From Nitrospirota bacterium (GTDB lineage Bacteria > Nitrospirota > UBA9217): DNA of 64,000 bases. A model generated the notes under the pieces. That model worked only from the letters and a program-made list of their open reading frames with translations. It was not told the origin of the DNA and ran no database searches. Where the stretch lies: the NCBI GenBank assembly GCA_963737155.1, contig CAVTRN010000001.1, positions 1,248,001-1,312,000 of the forward strand, given 5' to 3'. Within the stretch, counting starts at the first letter, position 1. Each line of letters starts with the position of its first letter. Positions 19,186-27,785 of the stretch are shown here, piece after piece. A program made the translations under genes and the position numbers.

Positions 19186-20710
19186 GCAGGTTATACTGTT
19201 TTTAGTTGAAATTGAAAAGAGTGGCTTCCCCGTGGCATAATCCACGGTAGAGAGAGAAAAAAGAAAGGAGCCACTCAATGAAGGATACCACAAGGAAGAG
19301 AAAAAAGGCAATACGAGGAATTGAAGAGGCATACGGAAGGCGGGAGATCATCGAACAGATGTATTGTGTCTTCGCAAAAGGGAAACAGGGTTTTGATGAA
19401 TGCATGAAGGAAATGGGCAGAATGATGGCAGAGACGATCATGTACATCGAGCGGGAGGAGATTGCCGGCCCCGACTACCAGCCTAACAGTCCCGATCTGC
19501 GGAAGTGGGCTAGCCAGGGCGGTTCCGTCTATATCGGCGATCAGAAGATCCCGGTGACCCACCCTCGGCTTCGAGGTCCGGCGGGTGAGATTGTACTGCA
19601 GAGCTATCAGAAGATGAAAAAACCGGAAGTCTTCGCAGAAGAATTGCTTGGAAAGGTGCTTCGGGGCATATCATGCCGGAAGTATGCGGAGACAGTTGTA
19701 GATACGGCACGAGCATTTGGAGTGTCCGCCAGCACGGTATCGAGCCATATCGTCGCGGCAACAGCAAAACAGCTTCAGGAGTTTAAGGAACGGTCACTCA
19801 CGTCATTCGTTCCCTTTGCGGTCTTTTTAGACACTGTTCACCGCGGCGGAGAGGCATTCATCGTGGCGCTGGGGCTTGATATTGCCGGAAAGAAGCAGAC
19901 ATTGGGGTTCTGGCAGGGGGCGACGGAGAACCATGAACTGTGTGAAGAGCTGTTTTCTGATATAGAGCGGCGGGGTCTGATACTTTCACGACGAATCATC
20001 TGGGTTACCGATGGCGGCAAGGGCGTAATCAAGGCACTCCGGGATCGCTTCGGTAAGAAACTCATCCATCAGCGGTGCACGATCCACAAGGACCGGAATA
20101 TACAGCATCATTTGCCGAAGAAATACCGGAAAGGCGCACACTGGAGGTTCCGGACAGCCCTGGAGCAGAATAATTACGCGGACGCTCGTCAGATGCTTCT
20201 GGACATGGAGAAATGGCTTCGGGGCATTAATGAGTCGGCGGCTGATTCGCTCATGGAAGCGATAGAAGACATTCTCACCCTTCATCGATTGAAGGTCCCC
20301 GCTCTCTTGAGGAAGACGTTGCATTCTACCAATCCTATCGAGAGCATGTTTTCCACGGTGAGAAAAGCAGAAGGCAATATAAAGCGCTACCGCGACAGCA
20401 AGATGATGCAGCGCTGGCTCGCTTCTGTCCTCTTATATGCTGAACAAGGATTCAGAAAGATCAAGGGCCACGCCTTCATCGCGGACGTGATGAAACGGAT
20501 CGAAGCGGAAGAATTAAATGACCTAACAGTCAAAGAGGCTGCGTAAAGGGGGATGGTTAGGTATGGCTCGGCCTCAGAAAACTCACATATGGCGATCCTA
20601 CGAATCCGATTTTATAAACAGCGATGATTTACACCGTTGAACCGATAAAAATACTTTAGCCGAAGGGAACGGGCCACTCAGATAATTTCAACTAAAAGCT
20701 TGACCTCGTC
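19186..20710 (+). mobile_element. Complete IS256-family insertion sequence
   Basis: Imperfect terminal IRs sharing TTTTAGTTGAAATT/AATTTCAACTAAAA; direct repeat GATTTCAG(G) at 19178-19185 and 20711-20718. Confidence 0.88.
19278..20546 (+). CDS. IS256-family (Mutator-like) DDE transposase
   Basis: FLDTVH, VTDGGKG, QRCTIHKDRN and STNPIESMFS motifs. Confidence 0.93.
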   Translation: MKDTTRKRKKAIRGIEEAYGRREIIEQMYCVFAKGKQGFDECMKEMGRMMAETIMYIEREEIAGPDYQPNSPDLRKWASQGGSVYIGDQKIPVTHPRLRGPAGEIVLQSYQKMKKPEVFAEELLGKVLRGISCRKYAETVVDTARAFGVSASTVSSHIVAATAKQLQEFKERSLTSFVPFAVFLDTVHRGGEAFIVALGLDIAGKKQTLGFWQGATENHELCEELFSDIERRGLILSRRIIWVTDGGKGVIKALRDRFGKKLIHQRCTIHKDRNIQHHLPKKYRKGAHWRFRTALEQNNYADARQMLLDMEKWLRGINESAADSLMEAIEDILTLHRLKVPALLRKTLHSTNPIESMFSTVRKAEGNIKRYRDSKMMQRWLASVLLYAEQGFRKIKGHAFIADVMKRIEAEELNDLTVKEAA

Positions 20711-20728
20711 GATTTCAGGAGGGATTCC

Positions 20729-21631
20729 ATGATAAAGTCTTTCGCGATGCGGCTTGTTTATGCGATGCTTCTGGTTACGCTTGTGGCTTGTGGTGGCGGC
20801 AAAGAACCCACAGAGAGCGGGCTGTTTGGTGTTATTTGGTCAGGGACTCAATTTGTGGGAGTGGGAAGCAGCGGTATGATCCGCACCTCCCCCGATGGAG
20901 TGTCGTGGACCTCCCAGAATTCCGGCACAGCGGAGTCACTGCTCAACATTGCATGGTCCGGAACGCAATTTACGGCGGTGGGCAATCATGGGACCATTCT
21001 CACTTCTCCTGACGGAGTAACGTGGACCACGCAGACCTCGGGAACTATCAGTGACCTCTACGGTGTTGCCTGGTCCGGGTTGCAGTTCGCAACAGTCGGC
21101 GATGCCGGTATCATTTTTACCTCACCAACAGGAACGCAATGGACTCTGTCGACATCGGGCACTTCCATAAGTCTCTACGGCCTTGCCTGGTCCGGGACAC
21201 AGTTCGTTGCTGTCGGGTATGACGGCGTAATCCTTACCTCTCCAGACACCGTTACCTGGACTGTGCGAACTTCGGGCGTTACCGAGCCTCTCGGCGGCAT
21301 AATCTGGTCCGGGACACAGTTTGTGGCGATAGGAAATAATGGCGCTATTCTTACCTCCCCTGATGGAGAGACGTGGACAGAACAAACATCCGGAGTAACA
21401 AACGGCCTGAGCGGACTTGCGTGGTCCGGGACACAGTTCGTCGCCGTAGGGGACACGGGAACCATCCTTACTTCTCCTGATGCTGTAACATGGACGCTCC
21501 GGTCTTCGGGCACATCAATGTCCCTCTTTGGCGTTGCTTGGTCCGGAGCCCAATCTCAGTTTGTAGCGGTGGGATGGTGTAACGTCATCCTCACCTCCCC
21601 GGACGGGGTAACGTGGACACAACATTCTTAG
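20729..21631 (+). CDS. Beta-propeller lipoprotein with seven ~39-aa BNR/Asp-box-like repeats
   Basis: Lipobox LVAC; seven copies of L.G.AWSGTQF.AVG..G.ILTSPDG.TWT. Confidence 0.82.
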   Translation: MIKSFAMRLVYAMLLVTLVACGGGKEPTESGLFGVIWSGTQFVGVGSSGMIRTSPDGVSWTSQNSGTAESLLNIAWSGTQFTAVGNHGTILTSPDGVTWTTQTSGTISDLYGVAWSGLQFATVGDAGIIFTSPTGTQWTLSTSGTSISLYGLAWSGTQFVAVGYDGVILTSPDTVTWTVRTSGVTEPLGGIIWSGTQFVAIGNNGAILTSPDGETWTEQTSGVTNGLSGLAWSGTQFVAVGDTGTILTSPDAVTWTLRSSGTSMSLFGVAWSGAQSQFVAVGWCNVILTSPDGVTWTQHS

Positions 21632-21889
21632 GTCTTTGCGTGGAGTGCGACCGGCGTTGAGTGCACAAGAATAAATTTTAGTATGATCTATGCTCTCATA
21701 CATAATAGCTTCCTATTTGGTACGTTAATAAATGATTGAGCACAGACTGATTGGCTGATGAGTTGTATTTTTATACGATTAGAGACATATCCGTGAAGGG
21801 GGGATTATTGAATGTTTTTGGATTTCAAGCTGGACTATAGTTATAAGACATTTCAAATGACGTAGGTCTCCTCTATCTTTTAGCTCAAT

Positions 21890-22064
21890 CCCTGGCTGAA
21901 TCCTGTGGTTGAGAACTAGGCCTGGAAGGGGCGATTGCAGCGGCCAGAAGAACAAGGTGACAATTACAAGACTTATCAGGCGGCATACCATAGAGGAAAA
22001 GATTGAGGAACTGAAGAAAAGAAAGCGGGAAGGCTACGACGCGATTTTCAGCGGGGGCCAATGA
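21890..22064 (+). pseudogene. C-terminal relic of a SNF2-family helicase
   Basis: PWLNPVVEN*A, then after a frameshift GQKNKVTITRLIRRHTIEEKIEELKKRK; matches DPWWNPAVExQA...RIGQ...V.V.RLI...TIEEKI. Confidence 0.7.
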
Positions 22065-22244
22065 ATAACAAAGACGCTGCAATACTTGCGACGATTTTGT
22101 ATTTCTGCGCGATTGGACGAAAAAGACAGAAAACAAAAACCAGCGGCAGTTGTTAAGGCCGCTTTGACATGGCAAGACTAACATCTTTGATTATGCTCTG
22201 TCTTAAGTATATGCTCGTACGGAATATTTGTTGGCAATAAAGAA

Positions 22245-22382
22245 TCAACCTTTGTTTATGTTCTTATCGTCAGCAGGCTTTGCTGCATTTTTATCGAGCT
22301 TGCGCTGCTTTTTTTCCTCGTTCTTTTTTTGCTTCGCGATCTCCTTCTGACGCTTTTGAAAACTGAAATTCGCTTTCCCCAC
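22245..22382 (-). CDS. Small basic hypothetical protein (45 aa)
   Basis: GGAGG RBS and GTG start; GKANFSFQKRQKEIAKQKKNEEKKQRK; downstream of rpsU. Confidence 0.55.
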   Translation of the reverse strand: MGKANFSFQKRQKEIAKQKKNEEKKQRKLDKNAAKPADDKNINKG

Positions 22383-22500
22383 TCCATGCCTCCTCGGAAA
22401 GAAATTTACGAACTGAACCGTGCCTTCATAAGGGCGGGCCGGACAACGGTCCGACCCGCTGCTCTCCACTGCTTTGCCCCTTTTCGATTACCGCGTTCCC

Positions 22501-22764
22501 TCAATTTCGGGCTTGGTCGTTCGATGCAGCGGGTGACTGCGACGGCCTGTCCGGACGCGGCCCCGAACCAGATGGCCGCGGTCGCTTGTTGAGGAGCTTG
22601 CGCTTCCGCTTCTGAGCCTCCAGCCGCTTCCTCTTTTTCTTCACCGAGGGCTTTTCGTAATAGCGCCGCTTCTTCAGTTCCCCGAATACTCCGTCGAGTT
22701 GGAGTTTCTTTTTCAGATTACGCAGGGCCTTTTCGATGTCTCGGGACAGGACCCTTACCTCCAC
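22501..22764 (-). CDS. rpsU: 30S ribosomal protein S21
   Basis: DIEKALRNLKKKLQLDGVFGELKKRRYYEKPSVKKKRK; C-terminal extension. Confidence 0.9.
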   Translation of the reverse strand: MEVRVLSRDIEKALRNLKKKLQLDGVFGELKKRRYYEKPSVKKKRKRLEAQKRKRKLLNKRPRPSGSGPRPDRPSQSPAASNDQARN

Positions 22765-23096
22765 GACCTGCCCCCTCCGCCGCCACCGCCGTATCCGCCG
22801 CGACCACCCCTACCGCCGCCACCGCCGCCGCCCGACCCCGAGCGGTCAGTCTTCGGCTTGGCCTCGTTCACCGTGATCGTCCGGTCCATGAACATTGTGC
22901 CGTTCATGGATGAGATTGCCTTTGCCGCATCCTCGTCCGACGCCATTTCCACGAAACCGAAACCCTTGGACCTGCCGTTCGTCTGATCCACGATCAGCGT
23001 GGCAGACACCACCTCGCCGATCTTCGAGAATGCATCCCGCAAATCTTCCTCGTGGGTGTTATATGACAAATTCCCCACATAAAGCTTCTTCCCCAT
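22755..23096 (-). CDS. RRM RNA-binding protein with Gly/Arg-rich tail
   Basis: RNP2 LYVGNL, RNP1 KGFGFVEM, RGG tail. Confidence 0.95.
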   Translation of the reverse strand: MGKKLYVGNLSYNTHEEDLRDAFSKIGEVVSATLIVDQTNGRSKGFGFVEMASDEDAAKAISSMNGTMFMDRTITVNEAKPKTDRSGSGGGGGGGRGGRGGYGGGGGGGRSWR

Positions 23097-23368
23097 GCTG
23101 CCTCCCTGTGTGATTTAATTTTCGCGCTGACGGTCGTTGCCGCACAGCGCGTTTACATCTTCTCCGCCATAACACCGCGTCCCCGAAGTGGGGACGCCGA
23201 ATCGCGCGGGGTGTCCGCAAAAACCGCATCGTTCGCCAACCAGGCATGCTGTCGCTTTTTTACGCAGGAACAGGTGAGAGCAGGAAGAGTCAGTGATCGA
23301 TGATGAGGCGCGGACGGCATCTCGCTCCAAAATGAGAGGGCCTTACCCCGTTGATGTTGTATATAGTT

Positions 23369-23397
23369 ATTATACGGGTTTTGCAGTCAATTGTAAA
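23369..23397 (-). promoter_or_regulatory. Sigma70 promoter of the RRM-rpsU operon
   Basis: Minus strand TTTACA-17 nt-TATAAT. Confidence 0.6.
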
Positions 23398-23637
23398 CAT
23401 CTCCGTACATCTTCGGGATGCTATTTCCAAAGGGGACTTACCATCCCGGCCACTCGATGAGCATCTCGGAATATATTTCAGCAACCAATTGTAAATCAAT
23501 ATGTTTTCCCCGCCACCACTGCCACTTCAGGCATCCCCGGTCGGCATTAATATCGCTCGGGCAATAATAACCGTTGACTTTCCAGCGCAGAAGGGGGATT
23601 ATAGTATCAAGAAGTTCCGGATGTTCTTGTAGGGAAA

Positions 23638-23669
23638 CCGCAAAGACAGATAGGCTTTGCGGCTTTTTT
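23638..23669 (+). terminator. Terminator-like hairpin within the csp 5' leader
   Basis: CCGCAAAG-9 nt-CTTTGCGG followed by CTTTTTT, upstream of the csp RBS. Confidence 0.5.
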
Positions 23670-23716
23670 GTTGTCCTTTTCCGTCGCTTCAATTCACCAG
23701 AAGGAGGTAGCTCATC

Positions 23717-23917
23717 ATGGAAACAGGCACCGTAAAGTGGTTCAATGATTCCAAAGGCTTTGGATTCATTTCCCGTGAAAGTGGCGGCGATGTGTTCGTT
23801 CATTTCGGCGACATTCAGGACAGCGGCTTCAAGTCGCTGGCCGAAGGCCAGTCAGTGCAGTTCGACGTTGTCGACTCACCCAAAGGCCCCAAAGCAGCCA
23901 ACGTTGTAAAGCTCTAA
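23717..23917 (+). CDS. csp: Cold-shock protein (CspA family)
   Basis: [15 protein letters not shown]...DVFVHF...GFKSLAEGQ. Confidence 0.97.
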   Translation: METGTVKWFNDSKGFGFISRESGGDVFVHFGDIQDSGFKSLAEGQSVQFDVVDSPKGPKAANVVKL

Positions 23918-23935
23918 TCAAAGGTTTGGACCTTC

Positions 23936-23970
23936 ACAGGCCCTGGTCATTTCAGGGCCTGTTTTTTCTT
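23936..23970 (+). terminator. Intrinsic terminator after csp
   Basis: ACAGGCCCTG-7 nt-CAGGGCCTGT followed by a T tract. Confidence 0.8.
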
Positions 23971-24052
23971 TTGCTGTCGCATCCGGAATCATCGTCCCGC
24001 ATCTTGAATCCTTACCGCGTGGGGCTTTTGTCTTTTATCCTAAAGGAGAGCA

Positions 24053-24430
24053 ATGAACCACAGACAAAGTTATAGAGAAAAGATGGAGATGGAGAGGATC
24101 GCCCTGGCCGCCTTTGGCCTGATTTCCGAGCGGTATGCCAAAGTCTCGAAGATCGAATTTCGCATGACCTATTACCGGCGCGGTTTCGATTCGGTTTTAA
24201 TGAATCGTACCCTCAGTTTCTCGTCCGCGGATTACGCCGGTTTTCACATGAAATGCATGGAGGAAGGGTGTACGGGCGGCGGTTTCGATCTGGCCCCCGT
24301 GGTTGCGGGCCTGGCTAAATCCCATAAGAAAACAACAAAGGGAAAGGTCTATTGCCGCGGCATGAACAATTCCTTCGGACACGCCAGTCTTGCCTATGAA
24401 GTCAATATCCAGTACCATAAGGCTAAATAG
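24053..24430 (+). CDS. Hypothetical protein with Cys/His cluster
   Basis: AGGAG RBS; CMEEGC...GGFDL...YCRG...H. Confidence 0.65.
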   Translation: MNHRQSYREKMEMERIALAAFGLISERYAKVSKIEFRMTYYRRGFDSVLMNRTLSFSSADYAGFHMKCMEEGCTGGGFDLAPVVAGLAKSHKKTTKGKVYCRGMNNSFGHASLAYEVNIQYHKAK

Positions 24431-24474
24431 AACCGTGCAGGCTTTGTGCAATGAGACACTGACAACGTGATGCC

Positions 24475-25338
24475 ATGACCATCATCCTGCAATGCCCCGT
24501 CTGCCGGAATCCCCTGCTTAACTCTGCTGACGGCTACCAATGCTCCAATAACCACACCTTCGATGCTGCCCGCGAAGGGTACGTCAATGTCCTGCTTTCT
24601 CACAAAAAGAATTCCAAAGAGCCTGGTGACAATAAGGAAATGATTCGGAGCCGACGGCGGTTTCTGGACTTAGGGCTGTATGATAGAATTTCCGATGGTA
24701 TTAACGAAGCCATTGCAGGCAATCTCCCTGAACCTGGTGAAAAAAATGCTTTCAACGTTCTTGACGCCGGCTGCGGCGAAGGTTTTTATCTCAAGCGCCT
24801 CAAGGAGTTTCTGGCGCAGAGATCTGGGACCCGGGTCCCTGTTGAATACTACGGAGTGGATATTTCGAAATTTGCCGTCCGCCAGGCCACCCAACGGGAC
24901 TGGACGATAAGCTGGTTTGTTGCCAGCATCATTGATCTGCCCTTTGTACAATCCTCCTTTGATATGATTCTGAATATATTTTCCCCTGCCGATTTTCCTG
25001 AATTCTCGAGGGTACTCGGGGGGACAGGGAAGCTGTTGACCGTAAGTCCCGGCCCGAGGCACCTCAATGGGCTGCGGAAGATTATTTATCCGAATGCCAG
25101 GGAGCATGCGCCATCAACAATCTGCGAAGAGGCCATAGGACTTTTTTCTCTTTCGACTGAAACGAGAATTAATTATCAAGTTGAACTGAAGAGCCGCGAG
25201 GCGATCATGGATCTTCTGGCAATGACACCCTATTTCTGGAATATTGATCTGAAGACTAAAGCCAAGGTGGAGGCCCTTGACAGGCTTGCTTTGGATGTCG
25301 ATGTAGAGCTACGGGCCTTCGAAAAAAGAAAAGGATGA
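24475..25338 (+). CDS. rlmA: RlmA-like 23S rRNA m1G methyltransferase
   Basis: N-terminal zinc finger CPVC...CSNNHTFD, GYVNVL, PGDNKEM, SAM motif LDAGCGEGFY, MTPY. Confidence 0.85.
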   Translation: MTIILQCPVCRNPLLNSADGYQCSNNHTFDAAREGYVNVLLSHKKNSKEPGDNKEMIRSRRRFLDLGLYDRISDGINEAIAGNLPEPGEKNAFNVLDAGCGEGFYLKRLKEFLAQRSGTRVPVEYYGVDISKFAVRQATQRDWTISWFVASIIDLPFVQSSFDMILNIFSPADFPEFSRVLGGTGKLLTVSPGPRHLNGLRKIIYPNAREHAPSTICEEAIGLFSLSTETRINYQVELKSREAIMDLLAMTPYFWNIDLKTKAKVEALDRLALDVDVELRAFEKRKG

Positions 25339-25805
25339 AATGCCTTTGGTTAATAAAAAAGGACACTTGCGATATGTGTAGACCTGGTCTTGTCGGCGTT
25401 GATTACTTCGCACCGAGCATCGCATATTTCAACCGGTCATTGACAGTTAGTCTGCGTTGGTTAGCATGTAGAGTAGCAAAAGGGTTATCGGAGCTGATAT
25501 TTTGTTGTTTAAGGGTTAATAGTGGGATTCCCTTAAATATGTTGATTATAGGTTGTTTTCACATTGAAAGGGACAACTTCCCAATATTGCACGGCTTTCC
25601 AATTTAACCGCTAGGGTTTATTCTTGCCTTCTATGCTGCTATATTTTGGCGATTCTCATACTCGTTCCGAAGGGGCCATATTTTTTTAATGATATGTAGG
25701 CCACTGCTTGATATAATAAAAAAGAAAACCTTTCTAAATTATACAGCGGTTGCGATTTTTGATAATTGGAGGTTTTATCTAGTAATCGATGGTAAAGTAT
25801 TTGCT

Positions 25806-26585
25806 ATGCGAAAACGATCTACTTCAAGCGCCAAGTTTTTGCTGAGAGGTCTCGTGGTCCTTTACGAGGATAAAGACATCCTTGTGGTGGATAAACCAGC
25901 GGGCCTGTTGACCGTTGCTACAGAGCGGGAAAAATCGCGCACGGCCCACTCTATTTTAACGGATTACATTCGCATGGGCTGCGGAAGAAGCCAAAAACGT
26001 CTTTTCGTTGTTCACCGACTTGACAGGGAGACATCTGGTACACTCATTTTTGCAAAAAGTGAAGAGGCGAAGTTCCGATTGCAGAACCAGTGGAAACAGA
26101 CTGAGAAGAAATATCTTGCAATAGTTCATGGCAAGTGTGAGAAGAGCTTGGGGACCATCACCACATACTTGGCAGAGGACAAGGCGTATAAAGTTTATTC
26201 TACGTCAGACAGCACAAAAGGTAAACTGTCCCAAACAGCTTACAAAGTGGTCAGGATAATAAAGGGCTTTTCTTTGCTTGAAGTAGCTCTGCTAACAGGA
26301 AGGAAAAATCAGATTCGAGTGCATCTTGCGGGCATCGGACACCCGATAGTCGGCGACATGAAGTATGGTAAAGTGGATGAGCCCGCGTCTCGCATGGCAC
26401 TGCACGCCAGGTCGATCTCCTTCAAACATCCCTTCAGTGGCAAACAGCTTACCTTCGAATCACGAGTACCTATGTTTTTTTCAACGATAGTGGGCCGCAT
26501 AGATCTGGAATACGGTCCAGCAGTATCCTCAGTCACGCCGACGAAAGCTGCAGAGAAACAGCTTTTACCGGGTAGTTCGCCATGA
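25806..26585 (+). CDS. RluA-family RNA pseudouridine synthase
   Basis: VVDKPAGL, VHRLDRETSG catalytic motif, TGRKNQIRVH, LHA. Confidence 0.92.
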   Translation: MRKRSTSSAKFLLRGLVVLYEDKDILVVDKPAGLLTVATEREKSRTAHSILTDYIRMGCGRSQKRLFVVHRLDRETSGTLIFAKSEEAKFRLQNQWKQTEKKYLAIVHGKCEKSLGTITTYLAEDKAYKVYSTSDSTKGKLSQTAYKVVRIIKGFSLLEVALLTGRKNQIRVHLAGIGHPIVGDMKYGKVDEPASRMALHARSISFKHPFSGKQLTFESRVPMFFSTIVGRIDLEYGPAVSSVTPTKAAEKQLLPGSSP

Positions 26586-26851
26586 ATTACTTTATCGAAT
26601 TATTGTTATTTCGATTTATTTGACGAACGTGATTTTATCCAAAATCATGCCCTAGCCATCTGATCTGATGATGTGTATCTTTCATGTTTCACCATGACTT
26701 CGTCTGAATATGATAATAAATTTACGCATGAATGAAAGACAGGCTCATCATTGGGATTCGGCATTCGCAATGATGGGCTTTCACTCTTCTGAAAGAACCC
26801 CAAGAACGGTCGGCACATCGACTAGTGATTTCCACTATAGGAGGACGAGCT

Positions 26852-27400
26852 ATGATCGAGCTTCTACGCACGCGCAGAAGCATTCGTAAATACGCCTCGG
26901 ATTCTATTGATAACAAAAGGGTCGATGTGCTTATAGAAGCACTTCTCCGTTCACCTACGTCACGAAACAGCAAGTCATGGGAATTTATTATAGCTGACGA
27001 TCGGGAACTCTTGTTAAAACTTTCGAAAGCGAGAGAACAGGGCTCACAGCACCTGCAGGACGCACCGTTGGGGATCGTAGTGTGTGCTGACAGTACAAAA
27101 TCCGATGTATGGATTGAGGATTGTTCTATTGCTGCAATACTTGTTCAGATGACTTCGCACGATATGGGTCTGGGCAGTTGCTGGATACAAATTAGGAATC
27201 GCAATCATACAGAAATGATTTCAGCGGAGCAATATATACAAGGTCTACTTGGACTGCCCCGGCACATCAAGGTCGAATGTATGGTGAGCATTGGCTATCC
27301 AAACGAAGCAAAGAAACCAATTGCAGATAGCGAACTGGAATATCAAAAGGTTAAACACAACCATTACTCCAGTAATTACGTGCTAAAGAGAGAAGCATAA
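26852..27400 (+). CDS. Nitroreductase family protein
   Basis: RRSIRKY, SPTSRNSKSWEF, DCSIAA, GLGSCW; GGAGG RBS. Confidence 0.9.
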   Translation: MIELLRTRRSIRKYASDSIDNKRVDVLIEALLRSPTSRNSKSWEFIIADDRELLLKLSKAREQGSQHLQDAPLGIVVCADSTKSDVWIEDCSIAAILVQMTSHDMGLGSCWIQIRNRNHTEMISAEQYIQGLLGLPRHIKVECMVSIGYPNEAKKPIADSELEYQKVKHNHYSSNYVLKREA

Positions 27401-27785
27401 AAAAAAGATTGAGATGCCTATACATTCGGCTGCTAATGACACCATCAGTAATTAGATTTTTTTTGTTTGCATTTTATCGCCAATACTTTTCTATCATACC
27501 AGGTTAAGCTTGGGAAAGGTGAGTAGGCCAGAAACTATAACCTTAATGGCGATATCGTATGTCTAACGATCAATACCTACTTGTAGTCATATACATGATT
27601 ACGTGCCACAACCTTCTTCAATAATATAATTTATTCCATGCGCAAATCTCCTTTGCAATATTATGTCTACCTAAAATATGCCCCGCATGTAACGCAATCT
27701 TAACTTGAACTATATAAAAATAGATGATAAAAAAAGTAGCCATGTCTTTAAAAAGGAGAATACAGATTTTAAAGGGAGATGAAAC

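Noticed and set aside
20729-21631. 117-bp periodic DNA repeats as a CRISPR or non-coding array
   Set aside because: The repeats are in-frame protein repeats with synonymous variation; no cas genes.
26769-26836. Fluoride-riboswitch look-alike upstream of the nitroreductase
   Set aside because: P1 and pseudoknot pairing are poor and the downstream gene is atypical; it would need an Rfam crcB hit.
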